Notes: generated by a model from the sequence alone, not told the origin. 64,000 nt of DNA from Eukaryota sp. GEM-RC1 (GCA_040285855.1 JAUFOQ010000013.1:1984001-2048000); one strand, 5' to 3'. Shown: positions 22,910 to 36,740, counted from the stretch's first letter. Numbers and translations are program-made.

Positions 22910-25900
22910 TTAAATGCAATTAATGTACTCATGGATTAGCGACACCATATCTTCTACTTCAAGACCTACTTTTAAAGCCAAAACTTGTTTTTCCTTTTTT
23001 CAAAACTCAAAACTTGTAAAAGCAAATCCCCGTTTAACATCATAGTGTTGGAAGTTTCTAGAAACAATAAAGAAGAAACAACTTTACAAATCATCTTCAA
23101 TTTTTCAAAAACTTCCCCTTTTTGAACTTTTGAAAACAGTAATAAAGATCCATCAGTTGCGCCAGAAATTGCAACTGGAGAAAGTATAGAATTACTTGGT
23201 CTAAGTTCTATAGGATACAGAGCAGTAGAAGAGGAGAAGCAAGAAACATTAGACACGTGTTGAAAACAAGATCCTTGAGAGGCAAAAGTAATGGTATTTT
23301 CATCAAAAGGAAATGATAACGTGATCACTTTCCCAGTTTGACCGCCAATCAAAGACACGTGATCATCAATCAAATGACAACAACGGCAACTAAACGGTTT
23401 AAAATCACGTGACAAAGCTCTCAATGATTGGATTTTTCCACAAGATTCCCGTTGAATTTGAACTAGTGATGCAGAAGACAAATGATCTGCAACGCAAATC
23501 AAATCATTAAAATAATCGAGAGAGTAGACAAAGTAATTAGCTGTATACTCAGCCAAGGCTGAGCTTTGACTTGTAACTGCATCAAACTCATAAATAATTA
23601 ATAAAGCATTGACTCCAACAGCAACGCACGGATTATAAGATGAAGGGACTGAAATAATTGAATAAATACAGCCACTGCCAACTTCAATCTGACCAGCAAA
23701 AGACCAATCACCAATCAAATCTGATTGATTCGAAAGGACAACAATACGTGATGAGTTTTCTGATTCTGAATGAACTGAAACAAAACAGTAGTAAGTTTTC
23801 TTATAAGTACACGTGGCAATCCCAGTTACGATGTCAGAAGTTGAGTTCCAGTTGAAAATATTAGAAAATGATTGACCAGATGACGTATCCATCACGTCAA
23901 CAGAGACTCCTTCGGGCTTAAACTGGTGACCTTGATTTAGGGTTAACTTATTTGACACGCAGAAACAATGAGATTTGATTGTGGACAATCGTCTCGGAGT
24001 TTTGCCTGCAAAAGAGTGGAATTCTGAATGAATAGAAGTGGTGAGATCAATAAAGCCAAGCAGCAATGACTGTGACGTCACCATGACAGTCAAATCAAAC
24101 TCATCAAACAAATCAGTCGCAGTCGAGGAAACTGAAACAGTTCCAGGCCCTTTGAGAAATAAAGGATAAATCTCAGTAATTGAACCAATTCTAAACAAAT
24201 AATTAGAGGTTCCAGATACTAAAACTGCTGAGGACGAGCCTAAATCAATTAACGAAGATCCTTTAGAAACAAAAGAGAGGACTGGTGTTGATGTACCCAG
24301 ATTGTACCACTTCCAATCAGTTTTTTGACCTTCAATTATTTTTGATAGGTTTAAAACCCCAACGCTACCATCAACTAAACCTAAGAAAATCCATGATTGA
24401 CTTTGAGTTTCTAAAATCAAAGAGCTTTTAGGTAACTGGTCAACAGAAATCTGGGGAATTTCAATCGACGCAGTAAACCTTGCATCTAAAAACACGTGTA
24501 CAGACCGATCCCAACAAGCTACAAACACCTTGTCTGATGAAGATATAGACATTGTAGAAGGAGATGATGGTAGGGATTTTGAAATAATTGAAAAGAAAAA
24601 GGATCAACTGAAACGATTTCGTCGTTTGAGGTACCTAGAATAATTGCATTTTGACCTATCGATGACGATATGATTTTGTAATCACTAAAGATCAGTTTCT
24701 TCATGTGATCAGAGGTATAAATTCCATCATTAGTAATTTGAACCATTAAATCTGACACTATTCCAAAATTGAGAGTAATACTTGTTGAAACCAAGTAACT
24801 ACCTGCAACTTCATTGATGGAGATTCCCTCAGCATTTTTACTTAATTGCAACAGTACAGATTTAGTAGATAAATGAAAGGACAAAAGTAGAAAAGTTCCC
24901 AAATTAGGTGCAAAATCAAGAAAACACTCACAACCAGGTGCTAATTCTTGAGAAAGAAAGTGTTGGAATTGACATCCTCTTCTAAACTCTCTAACACCAC
25001 CACTCTTATTCATTCCCACACTTCCAAATAATTGACTCTTGACGTTTACAATCGAAGTGATTGGAGCAGAAGTAGAAAGAACGGAACACCCAGATAGGCA
25101 ATACTTTAATGGATCTTGTTCAAGGTGACGATTACTTGCAAGGGAAAAGAGAGAAGTAACGTGTCAGAAAAAGGAAAAGTAAGCAAAAACACGTTTTCTT
25201 TCAAAAGGGAAAGTGATGACGTTATGGCCATGAGTTTGATTGAGTTTTCATTAATTATTTCCGTTCCTGGGAGGATGATTGGTACAGGTCTAACTATCAA
25301 ATGTGGCTCAAAAAGAATTTCAAAAGTATCACCGGTACAATCAACAATCAAAAAATGATTGTTGTTATTTTTGACTGCACTAACAACGTCACAACAGTCT
25401 AAATCAAAGGTTTCAGTAGATTCCATGGTTTTGATTTGAACAAAGCCTGTACCTGCAATGATAAGGACAGGTCTGCCAGAGAAAGTAAAAGGTTGAGCTA
25501 AAGTTGTACCCAATGGAACCTCAAGTCTATTGAACAAGCCAAGTGAAAGAGAGATTAAAGAGTGAGTATCATCAAGAATAGCTCTGTAGCAAGAGACAAA
25601 GCGTTTCTTTCCTGCAGGAGACACGTGATCACCAAGAACAAGGAAGTGATCAGGGTGGGAAGGGAGAACATGTAGGGAGAGGATGGTGACTTCATCTATG
25701 GGGACATGATGGGACGAAAGAGATTGTTGTTGTGTTTTTAAAAGAGGTGTGCACGAGAGTCTAGTGCAGTGTGTAGCTGTGATCAAAACATCAAGGTTTT
25801 CGAAGGAGATGATCGTGAGTAAAGGTTTTTCAAGAGGAGAACCCAAGGAATCAGAAGGATTGGGAAGACCATTGGCATGGATTTTAACTGCAATAGAGGA

Positions 25901-26190
25901 GTTGGTGTCCTTTTTTCAAAAGAGAAAATGCCTACCTCATGATGTGAAGTGAGAAAAACAAGTGAAGAGGGAAAATGTTGAGAGTTGGTGAATGAGAGGG
26001 CTACAATTGATCTAAATAGAGAAGCATGAGCTAAAGTTGCAAGGCCACTTTCAGATAATTTGTATAGAACAAGATCGTTGCCTCTTTGAAGAACTACTTG
26101 AGGTTCAGATAGCTTAGGTAGAAATTTCCCTGTACATTGGACTGAAGATGATGATCCAGATAATATTGTAGAAACAACAAAATCTGACAT
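22910..26190 (-). CDS. DDB1: DDB1-like triple beta-propeller protein (DDB1/CPSF160/SF3B3 family), several frameshifts
   Basis: N-terminus MSDFVVST..CTGKF..GNDLVLYKLSESGL resembles DDB1; IFLGLVDGSV, GKTPRRL, ICVADHLSS, LSRDF; about 1090 aa when joined. Confidence 0.65.
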
Positions 26191-26238
26191 TTGCAGATTA
26201 GATGAGTTGAAGAACAAAAAGCAATTTCTCACAAACAC

Positions 26239-27310
26239 ATGGCGACCTTCTCGAAGAACCACAATGCTATTGTTGAAATGAGCCAGCGTTTAGTTAATGG
26301 TTGGGGTCTCAGTGGTACTTCCCACGATGTGTGTCATCTTCCTCTTGTTGTTGACGAAAATCCATCAGATCCCCTCAAAAAGTTCTACTGCTCACACTGT
26401 CGTATCTATCTTGCAGATGATAAAGACCAGACCCAGCAAATGGAGAGTTCTTCTCCCCTCATTGTACCCTCTTCGCCTGCTTTCAACGAAGACCAACATT
26501 CGGACAACCTCGAAAGCGTAGAAGAAACACACGCGGAACCCATTGACCTTGACAAAGATGAAGCTGCTGAACCCAAACGAGCACCTTCAGAAAATGAATC
26601 TGAATCCTCTTACGAAGATCTTCCTCATACATCTTCTCTTGATGACGTTTCCGCAAAACTCGCTGAAAAAAATGCTCAAAGGCTATTCACTGCTCGATAA
26701 ACAATGCCCATCCTGTTACACGCCTCTAGTGTCAAAAGATGACGTCATGTGGTGTGTCAAATGTGAAGTGAGAGTCGTCACTCAAGAACAGTTTAATGCT
26801 TCCACCATGCAGAATGTAAACGATGACATTGAGTCTGATGAAGAGGAACTTTCTCACGATATCACTAATACTGACAGAAAGTCTCGCAGAAGTGACCAAC
26901 AAGTAGAAACAGAAGTGGAGGAAAGTATATCTTCATTGAAGGTTGAAGTACCACGAGAGAAGATTTGCAGATCCCGATCAGCTGAACTCGAAGAGGATTC
27001 TTTGGTGGACTCAGTAGGATGTAAAGACTGTCCAAGAAAGGAATCTCCTCAGGTAATCAATCCATTCAAGAAGAGATCAGATGACGTGGATGATGACGTG
27101 AGAGATTGCTGGCATGATTGTGGGGCAAGTAATTGTATTGATTCGGCTGAAGATCTCTGGACTTCTATTGATCACCTCAAGACAACTGTGGCAAATAGAA
27201 TTAGAGAAATGACACGTATGCTGGACTCTTGTGATGTTGAAGATATTCAGGCAGTGGCTGAATGTTTGTCATCGTTGTTAGACGTAGCAAGAAAACTTGT
27301 TGATGTTTAG
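26239..27310 (+). CDS. SSSCA1/ZNRD2 (autoantigen p27)-like protein with two zinc-ribbon domains; one frameshift in an A-run near 26670
   Basis: MSQRLVNGW..CHLPLV..YCSHC and KMLKGYSLLDKQCPSCYTPLV..CVKC. Confidence 0.75.
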
Positions 27311-27441
27311 AAACGTGTTTGTAATCAATTTTTATCTGTATCAAATAAAGATTTTATTCTTATTGTTAATACTTCTTTCACTTTTTAAATGTAATGAAAC
27401 AATTGTTAATACAGTAGCTATTTGGATAAATTGGATTGAAA

Positions 27442-28002
27442 ATGTTTCGAATAGTGGTTTTCATCATCGTATTTGTCACCTTCGTCAATAGCTGCGACTA
27501 TTCCATTCCTTCTTCTTCGTGCAAAGTTACTGGTGGTTTGAATCCTACATGCCAAAGAGAACGATTTGTCATTGATGGCGTTTCTCGGTATTTCGCTTCC
27601 TGTTACGCATCTGGAGCTGAGTATTGTGAGTTGAGTTACTTCAACAGCTTCTGTAGTACATCAGGACAGAACTCAAAATGTGCTGTTGATACTAGAAGTG
27701 TTGGTCAAGTCACTCACATTTCTGCATTTTGTTCTTCAGAGAATGCCAAAAGTTGTTCCCAGCAGCTTTATCGCCATAGCTGTAGCATCATCGGTGAGTC
27801 TTCACTTTGTTCTTCAACATGGCTTGAAGGGCAGCACCCTTATTATGTGCCTACATGTGAATCACATCGTGGACTTCAATGTTCCATTACTTGTGCAACT
27901 AGCTCTTGTGACCAAACTTGTACTGGACATGCTTCTGCTTTCTGCAAATGTGTTATTGACGATGAAATGGTAGGGTTGGCTGCAAAATGTGGTTGTAAGT
28001 AG
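27442..28002 (+). CDS. secreted cysteine-rich protein
   Basis: Hydrophobic signal peptide MFRIVVFIIVFVTFVNS; more than 20 Cys in about 186 aa, in roughly 40-aa modules. Confidence 0.75.
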   Translation: MFRIVVFIIVFVTFVNSCDYSIPSSSCKVTGGLNPTCQRERFVIDGVSRYFASCYASGAEYCELSYFNSFCSTSGQNSKCAVDTRSVGQVTHISAFCSSENAKSCSQQLYRHSCSIIGESSLCSSTWLEGQHPYYVPTCESHRGLQCSITCATSSCDQTCTGHASAFCKCVIDDEMVGLAAKCGCK

Positions 28003-28404
28003 GCTTACGGGGGGGGTTAGTGTACATATTTCAAGTTGAAGTATAATACATTGTTTTATTGTTTGTATGTGCCCAACTTCTAATTCTTTCTATTTACTTT
28101 ATTTTATAAAAAACAACTGTTTATAGATGAAGGTAACAAAAACACACATCATAATAAAAGCTATGAAACACTCGACACTGAAAATTCCTGGTCAACAGTA
28201 CCACAGTTTTTATACAACTGTGTGATAAATGCATTAAAAACTTAGTCCAAGAAAGAAAAAATCAAAAATTCAACGGTTATGCCAAATTGATAAGTTAAAT
28301 CTCCTATTCTGAGACTTACATATAGATCCAAAATCAGTTAAATACTGAGAAGCCATTTCAGCAATACTGTCAAAAATTGAAATAGCAAATGGAACAAATA
28401 CAAA

Positions 28405-29935
28405 TGAGTTTGAACTCTTGGACATTAATATTCGTATTAGCTTGGTTAAAACTAATAGTCCCGAGTTCGCTGCTTTTTTAATTGACCTTTGTAATAGTGG
28501 ATCTTCCGGATTTATTTCTCAAATTCCTAAGGTGTTTGGATTACATCTATCTGGTGAAGCTTGGATGATCAATATGCGTCTTCGTTTGGCTTTATGGCCT
28601 GCAAATTTATTAAACTATTCAACTTGCTCTTGTGGAGCTAATGGTGTTTTTCGTCATTTAATAAATTGTCTAAAAGGTTTTATGTTATAAATTAACGAAA
28701 TACAAACAACTAGTACTTAAAAGATATTAAATGATCCACATCTACTCTTGAAATACCACGATACAATTTGTCCAGAATACGATTCAAATACTTTGGGAAA
28801 CTTCTATATAAGGAGAAAACAATGTTATTGCGCCAAAGAGACTGATTAACAATTAATTAATTAATTGTCGTTTTTTATTCATCTACGTGCAGTAATTCAT
28901 GATGGTGTACGTGATTCTTGTTATTCCATGTTTAAAGGACATGGTTTTCACACTAAAGTTGAACCAGTTTTGAATCATCTTTCAGAAAATAAATTTACTG
29001 ATTAAAAAGAGGGGATCTCCATACTCCGTGGCTTAAATCGAGTAAATCATTAATGGATTTTACTACAGTAGATGTTTGTAACAAATCTTGTGTTAGTAGG
29101 AAATTAGATTCTTCTTTTAATCCGTTAACAGCTGCTGAAAAGCTCAAACACTCCAAGTCTGACTCTCAAGTAGAAGAATTAAATAGAAACTCATATTCCA
29201 AATTTGTGGTTCAATCTTTTGCTGTTTCTCTTTTCGATCGATTAGTCCTGCTGTTGATCAATTTTTCAAGGATTTCGAAGAACTGTGTAAAGAAAAGAAG
29301 CGTAAGTTTAGAGTGGCTGAATGGAAAAACCCTATAGTGTTTTCCATATATCGGATTATGCCTTTCTATTTCTCTCGATTAATTGAGAAATTGTGAAAGT
29401 TTGGTGTGACGGTTAATGTTGAAAAACGTAATCTTTTACCGGGTGGTGATGAATTCGTTTGGATTTAATCTTAGTATTATTTGTTTGATTTTTCAATTTC
29501 ATAGTTTTGTAGGAAGGTTACCTTATTGGGTGCCGAATAAAGCTTAAACGACACGAATAATTACCAAGATGAGTTCTCGCCGATACAAACTGTTTGTTTT
29601 CCATCCTTTTGCTGTTTCCCTTTACGGAACGTTTGCTGCTTCATTCAAAAATTTCTCACATCTTTTGGCAAATTGTGAAAGCAGTATGGGAAGAATTTTA
29701 ATAAAAGTTGCGGTTATCATGTTCCCTTTTCAAAGCACTGTTTAGGAATTTTGATTCGATTTTGAACCGTCTCTTTGCATTGAGACATGAATTTGAGATG
29801 ATGTAGAGGTATTGGTATCTCATTTGTTAATATTGATGATAGTTTGATTTGTAAGTTTAGAATGGCTGAATGGAAAAACTGTATAGTGTTTCCCGTATAT
29901 CACAATTTCATAGTTTTGTGGGAAGGTTACCTTAT
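28405..29935 (+). mobile_element. CRE-like composite copy followed by further REL 3' fragments
   Basis: Inverted near-identical copy of 20363-21770. Confidence 0.8.
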
Positions 29936-30289
29936 GAAGAATAATACGTTATGTATTAATCAAAATAAAGAGTTATATATTTTTCATCTGGATCATATAG
30001 TTCTGATCTCAATTGACTTTGATTGTCAAAATGATTGCATGTCACTGAGTTATCAAGCCAATAAATCATTGATTGACTGACTTTTTGATAAGTGAACCAA
30101 GTTCTGTATTCTTCTCATTTCTATTAGTACAATGTAGACATTTCAAATTCAGAAAAACCATTGGATCTTATTCAGCAAGCTGAAATCCTTAACTGAACAG
30201 AAACACATCTTCAAAACATTTTTAACATGATAGAGTTGTCACAACCATCTCAAATATAACAATGATAACTAGAAATTTTTTTCCATAAA

Positions 30290-31115
30290 GATTTATTGAC
30301 AACAACACTACAGTGTACATACATCTAATAATCAATATCCTCAAAGTCCAGATTGCCTATCTGGAAATTTTCACCTACATTATCCTCATAATGTCTGCCA
30401 CGAGATAATAAAGCGCTAGATACAGAAGTCACCATACCTTTAAAGATAACAAACACGATTCGATTTTTCCAAAATCTAAGATCAAAAGCCCTAGATGTTT
30501 TTTCTTTAACAATCTTCACAAATATTTCAAGTAATGATGTTGCAGATTCACCTAAAGAACCGTAGAGTGAAAATACAAAAGGGTACAACAAGTAATACGA
30601 GTGTGAAGTCGAATTCAATAATTTCAATTTAGCACAATATTTTTGCATTTTAAATTTTTCACCAATCAACAAGGGGTTTTTAGTATTAGATTTAGCAAGT
30701 TTCTTGTTGGAATAATTACAAACATCAATAGACATAACATCAGCAATAATGAAAGATCCATCAAGACCAGGAAATAGGACATCAACACCTAGACGGCTAT
30801 TTCCAAACGATTTGTCAACATCTGTGTCATCAAACAAACCAGCCAGAACTGGTTCCAAAAGGAAACTATTCCATAGGATTTACACATACAATATAATTGA
30901 TCCCTTACTGAATCACGAACCTTACTTTTAAAAAGAAATAAAACGGTACAATTCAATAGATGTGTAGGTGTTACAGATTGCCCACATTGGCATTTCAAAT
31001 TATGTGTAAGGTTATCAGGCCAAATATATGACCGTAAACGCATGTTTAATGACCAAGAGTTACCATCAAGAAGAAGACCGTAAACTCGAGGGATTTGAGT
31101 AATCAGACATGAACT
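30290..31115 (-). mobile_element. CRE-like non-LTR 3' fragment
   Basis: Paralog of 5050-5920: CQCG..HLLNC, ADVMSID, FWKNRIVF. Confidence 0.78.
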
Positions 31116-31173
31116 AGAAAATTTAGAATCAATAAACAAATTCAAATCTAGACTAAAAACTACATTCAAGTTA

Positions 31174-33271
31174 TTACAATGAATCCAACAACTCCCTTTT
31201 CTTCTTCAGCGGTGAGTAAACGTCCACTGGAGAACCAAGAAGTCTTAATCCAAGTGCACAAAGAGCAATTGCCACAACTAAACAAACAAAAGGGCTCACA
31301 TTCAACATAGCAAGAAATACAGCTACAAAACAAGCAGCTAATGAAAGGAAAGCATACGGTAATTGTGTCTTAACATGGTTAATTAAAGAACATTTGGCTG
31401 CTGCAGCTGCTACAATAGAAGTATCGGCCAACGGGGAGCTGTGGTTGCCAAACACTGCTCCAGATAGTGTACATCCAACAGCAACCTTTAACAACAAGAG
31501 ATTCCCGGGGTGAGCTTGGTGGGCTAAGGAAATGGAGAATCCCAATAGAATAGAGAGAGTTCCAAATGCTGATCCAACAGATATACCAATGAGTGAAGCA
31601 ACCAAAAAGATTGCCAAAGCCAAAACTAATGGAGAAAATCCTTCAGGGATTTTTGGAAGCAATGAAAGAACCAGTTTGAAGAACATACGTACTAGTACCT
31701 AGACTCCAGGCGCACCACAGATTAAGCAGAGCTCCAGACATATCAGCCCAACCAGCCATCATTGAATCAACTGAATCCTTGTAAGGAATCTTGATCATTG
31801 CCATCAATACAAAACAGGTTAAAGTACCAGCAACCATACCATAAAGAAGGGACGAGTAAACGTCAGTGTAGGTGAAAATAGATGTTGAGTCAATTACGAG
31901 ACCATCAAGTGTTTCCTCAAGTTCACTGACACGTTTAAGGTTTCCTCTTCGTTTTTCAATCAAAATATCTTGTTCTAAGCCACTTCGAACTCCATTGATC
32001 TCTAATACGCCATAAGCAATCATTGAGACAATCACTGTAACCATAATGACAAGAATTGGTAACAAAGCATTCCTAGCTAATTGAGGTGTGTCTTTATCTG
32101 GCACCTTTGCCTTGTTCTCCTCCTCCAATTGATCACCTTTATTACTTACTCCACATCGTCTTGCTTCACGTTCGACCTTTAGCATTGGACCAAAATCTCT
32201 GGCCAGAAGTACATTCAACCAAGGCATAACCGTTGCAACAATGGGGTAAAAGCAATACGGAATTGTTGAAATAAAAAGAGGAAACGGTTCAAGTTCAATT
32301 CCATTGCTCTCAAAATGAGTCTGCAGAGAACTAATGATGAAACCGATCCACGAGGAGACAATGAAGATGGAAGACGGGGGTGAGCCCATACTATCAAGCA
32401 AAAGGCCACCTTTTCAGCAGAAACTCTCATGCTTGTAAGTACTGGCTGCAAAGCTAAACCCTGGAGTTAACTTTCTTGGAAGAAGAACAAACACTGAAAT
32501 GAGATGAAGGAAGAGCAAGCATACCAGCAAAAGATGTTGACGAACTCATCGACAATCAACAAACACATCATGGTCAGCAATCCAAATTGAGAGCTTTTTG
32601 AAGTCTTTGCAACACGTGTGACTATTTTAGCTAAACCTTGACTTCCACCTGATTTACTAATCAAACCAATGACAGCTCCTAAAAAGATGAAAAAGCCAGC
32701 CACTTTGGCATATGAAGGATCTGCAATGGAATTGACAAAGTAATCAAACGTCCATCGGAAGGCAACGACTGGATTAAGTGAACCACAGGAGAGATAACTA
32801 GCGATGAAAACCCCTATAATGAGAGTATGGGTAATGTACTATACCGATTAGCAATGAGGGGACAACTTGTGCTGTGGTAACGGCCAACGTGATTGTAACT
32901 AAGGGAGGGAGCAGTGTGAGGAACCCGGGAAGGATAAAGATCCTTGAACTTATGGTAGAGGGGAACTGGCAGTCAGAACATCTAACCTTCATGTCTTTAA
33001 AGCCTGCTTTGTCGCCTTTGATGTCCTCAAAGGTGACATAAAGCGCAGAATCATGGCAAACATAGTGTGATGCAGAGAGCTTTTCATCATCAATAGACAA
33101 ATCAAAGTTTCCAGTGCCACATTCATCCCCAATTATTTCAAAGTAGAAACGGGCGTTAAAAGTTAATCCGGTAGGAGAAGCAGCAGGATGTTCTACCTTA
33201 GTGAACTCAATGTCAATTGAACACGAACCCAGGGCAATCAGAAGAGCAAGCACCAACAGAGAGTAACACAT
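31174..33271 (-). CDS. NhaC-family Na+/H+ antiporter-like membrane protein with signal peptide and N-terminal extracellular domain (frameshifted)
   Basis: TLLPPLVTITLA, SGGSQGLA, SAEKVAF.LDS, ARDFGPMLKVE, GAVFGNHSSPLADT..HVKTQLPYA. Confidence 0.85.
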
Positions 33272-34134
33272 TGGAAGAAGAAGAAATTGAGATGATGGTC
33301 AAATATTAAAAGGAATCTCTTGACTTCCAGAGACTGTCAAATCAAAAACAGGTTCCTCTAGACTTCCCAAGTACTGACCAAAGTTATCTTCAATTTCCTG
33401 AAATAGGTCGGTGTATGTGGGAAAGAAATTGATATCCTTCCACATTGCCATTCTAGGTGTTTCATCACATAAACTCTTTTTTAAAATTAACAACTATCTG
33501 TAGTAGAAGGTTATTTTTGAAATTGACAGCTATCTCCAAAACTAGACTTCAAAATACCTGGAATTAAGGTATTCTCTGAAAAAGAGTACATCTTTTATTT
33601 TCCAAGTATGCACTGTAATATTGAATTGACAATTCAATATTGTTATTTACAAGAAAAGAATCATAAAGAAATGAAAAAATATTATTTAAAGATTATCAAT
33701 TATGATATGAGTCAACACAATAATTCAGTTGCCAATAAATATGTACCATTATTGATTGTTTGCCGAAAAACCAATACCAATATATTGCCAATATTGATCA
33801 ATAAGGATGTTTATGGCTTGTGTCGCAAACATCTACGGAACAATGTATATCAGTGTCTGTCAGTAACACATTAATTGAACTTCTTAGCACAAATGAGCCA
33901 ACAACATACTTTATGAGAAATCTGTCAAACCAATAGAAGAATGATGTTGTTCAAACTGTTTATTTCTGTAACTTACTCTTACAATGAATAAGAATGACAA
34001 TTAAACAATCTGTCTCACCGTTTATTCCCTCAACTCCACGTCTCCCGATCCAGGGGTGTGAAAAAAGTATCTACAATAAATATAAACTTATTTTAGCCAC
34101 AAAATAAATACTTTAATTCTGAAATAGTGCCAAT

Positions 34135-34913
34135 TAGACCTGTGCACGACTCAACTCAACTCGACTCGACTAGAAATTTATCTGAGTCGACTCGACTCGG
34201 CTCTACGAATCGTGTAGTCGACTCGACTCGACTAATTATTTATCTGAGTCGACTCGACTCGGCTTTGAGTCGACTCAAGTCGACTATTGAGTAGCGACAG
34301 TAACTATAGCCCAATCACTGAAACTTATTCGTCTAAAAAATTGCAAAATGTAGGATTTTTTTATAACAAGAAACAAGAAAAACTATTAGTATACAGTCTA
34401 TAAGTATTGAAGTAGCTATAACACAAATTTATCACCACGAAAGATGCTCAATGACTGCAAACACACAGATGCTCTAATATTTTCGTCACTCAAAGAACGA
34501 GAAAACTCATGGTGGGGTATGATTCTCCCGAAATAGCCCAGTGACAGCGAAGAACGGTTTAAGCAGTTCTGGGCATAGATTGAGAGTAGATTCCTCATCT
34601 GGAGAAAGAGCTGAATTCTACAGGTCTTTGTTGGAGGTAAACACGTTCCAAGATCAGAAACAAGAAACTGGTTTAACAGAAATCAATTGAGCATTACATG
34701 TAGTAACGTTGTTAGTATACTACACTCAATTATTTAACCACAAAGACGAAAGTCAATTGGTGTTGTTTCAGTATTCTGTATTGAACTATTTAATGGAAGA
34801 TAATATCTATAAACCACATGTAGTGTGATTTGATGCAATGTGATATATGACTTGACTCGACTGCTGTAGCGGAGTCGACTTAGTCGACTATTTGAGTCGA
34901 TTGCACAGGTCTA
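34135..34913 (-). mobile_element. hAT deletion derivative retaining a dimerisation-domain remnant
   Basis: TIR TAGACCTGTGCA..CGACTCAA; 8-bp TSD GTGCCAAT (34127-34, 34914-21); peptide LLSI..RSLSDENIRASVCL. Confidence 0.88.
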
Positions 34914-35382
34914 GTGCCAATATTCCTTGCAATTCTTCAACCAATATTGCATTATTTCAGTATTGCAACAATATGATTCATATTATGTATTTATCACAAA
35001 AAAACCACATATTCTGCTGTCCATCATCTTTAGAAGAATCCGAAATAATCTCAAAGCCATTGTCTACATCTTCGAATTTTTGACTGTTCATGATATGTCT
35101 TACAGATGCTTCACTCCGAAAATCACTATCTTCTTTCATCATTATTTGCATTTCAAGACTGGAGGGCTTAACAGAAAATCACTTCAGTGGAAAGAATATT
35201 CATTGTACTTTAGTAAACACTGGAGCTGAGCTCAAATGACAGACATTATGACAATGCAATAACTACATGTAGAAACCACTACCGAGAAAACAACTCTCAC
35301 TATATTTACACACTTAAGCCAGCAAAACGGGTTTTAGAAGTCCAAAGGAGAAGCAAAACAACGAAATGAACAACTCAAAGTA

Positions 35383-35922
35383 CACTAATTGAAAAATAGT
35401 CTCACATGGTAATTAGTCTCACTCAGACTAATTAGCATGTGAGACTAATTATCATGTTAGAAAAATAGTCTCACTCAGATCAATTATTATTGTTGGAAAT
35501 TAGTCTCACTTCTTGAAAAAGTTGTTGTCATTCATTACGACCAATAGAGTAGAAAAACAGTCGTTCGGTGCGTCTGCTTGAATTTCTCCCACAGCAATCC
35601 TATTAGGATGGTTATACCAACCAGAAGGCTGTGCTAGAACAAGCTTATTATTGAAAAATCGACATCCTGACTCAATTTCTTGACTTGTAAACACAAAGAT
35701 CAACGGAGACGCTATACATAAGAAAATAGAAGAAATATCAACGTGGTTCAGTATTTGTATTCGTTGAATGTTGTTCTATTTTATAGGTATTTTATATCAA
35801 AAAGTGAGACTAATTTCCAATCGAGTTTCAGTGTAAAGTGTTACAGCATGGTAATCAGTCTGGGTGAGACTAATTTCCATGTGAGACTATTTTTCAATAC
35901 AGACTAATTACCATGATTAGTG
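35383..35922. mobile_element. Tc1/mariner-like MITE
   Basis: TA-CACTAAT ... ATTAGTG-TA ends with inverted CATGGTAATTAGTCT and TTGAAAAATAGTCTCAC blocks. Confidence 0.75.
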
Positions 35923-36109
35923 TATATTGGTAATAATGCAATAATGCAATAAATAACCGGTGTGAGCAATACTGATTGCAATACTGGAAAAGCAATATTG
36001 TTTTGATACCCCTGGTATTATCTCTAATAGCCTTTCTGAAAAGATCACGTTATCACTTCTTGATGTTTACAAAGGCTGTTGGGCGGCTTTTCTTGTTAAT
36101 AAGCAAGAA

Positions 36110-36740
36110 ACCTCAACACTCATTCTCGGAAATTAAATATGCGATTACGATTGAGTTTGCCTCCTGCTGAATTGCTGGACAATTCTGAGTGTGTTTGTAG
36201 TCATCCTCACATTGCAACATTTAGACATGTAATTAATTGCCCCAAATTTATTCAATTTCGATCAGTTCTTCATTATGCTGTCAGAGATGTTCATTTAAAA
36301 TGTTTCAAGCTCATGGATTTCATGCCAAAGTTGAACCCTTATTTAGTAAGTTGGGTCTTGATTTCATTAATAATTCTCGTCGAGGCGACTAACATGGTCC
36401 TTTTATTGATTCCAGTCAACAACTTCACTTCAAATAGCATTAACCACCTAGAAACCGCTGAAAACTGTAAAATAACGTAAAATGTACGTAAAATTGATTT
36501 GTATTCCAGTGATGTTGCTAAACTCAATCGAAACGTATATATTCGAAATTTGTATTCGTCCCGTTTGCTATTTCTCTTCTAACTGATTTCGGATCTATGC
36601 GTAAGTCTCAGAATAAGGAGATTCGACTTCTCAATTTGAGTGTTTCACAGTTTCGGTCTATGACAATGTCTATTAAATCAATTATCACAGACTTGTAGAA
36701 GAACTATGGTAGTCTTTTGACCACGAATTTTCAATTGTTT
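36110..36740 (+). mobile_element. CRE-like non-LTR 3' fragment, degenerate
   Basis: MRLRL, CVC..HVINC, RSVLH, RRGD, FVPFAISL. Confidence 0.7.

Noticed and set aside
34050..36014. Outer hAT-like element with CAGGGGT.T.AAAA ends
   Set aside because: The ends are inverted matches but the flanks show no 8-bp duplication, so the boundaries are unsupported.
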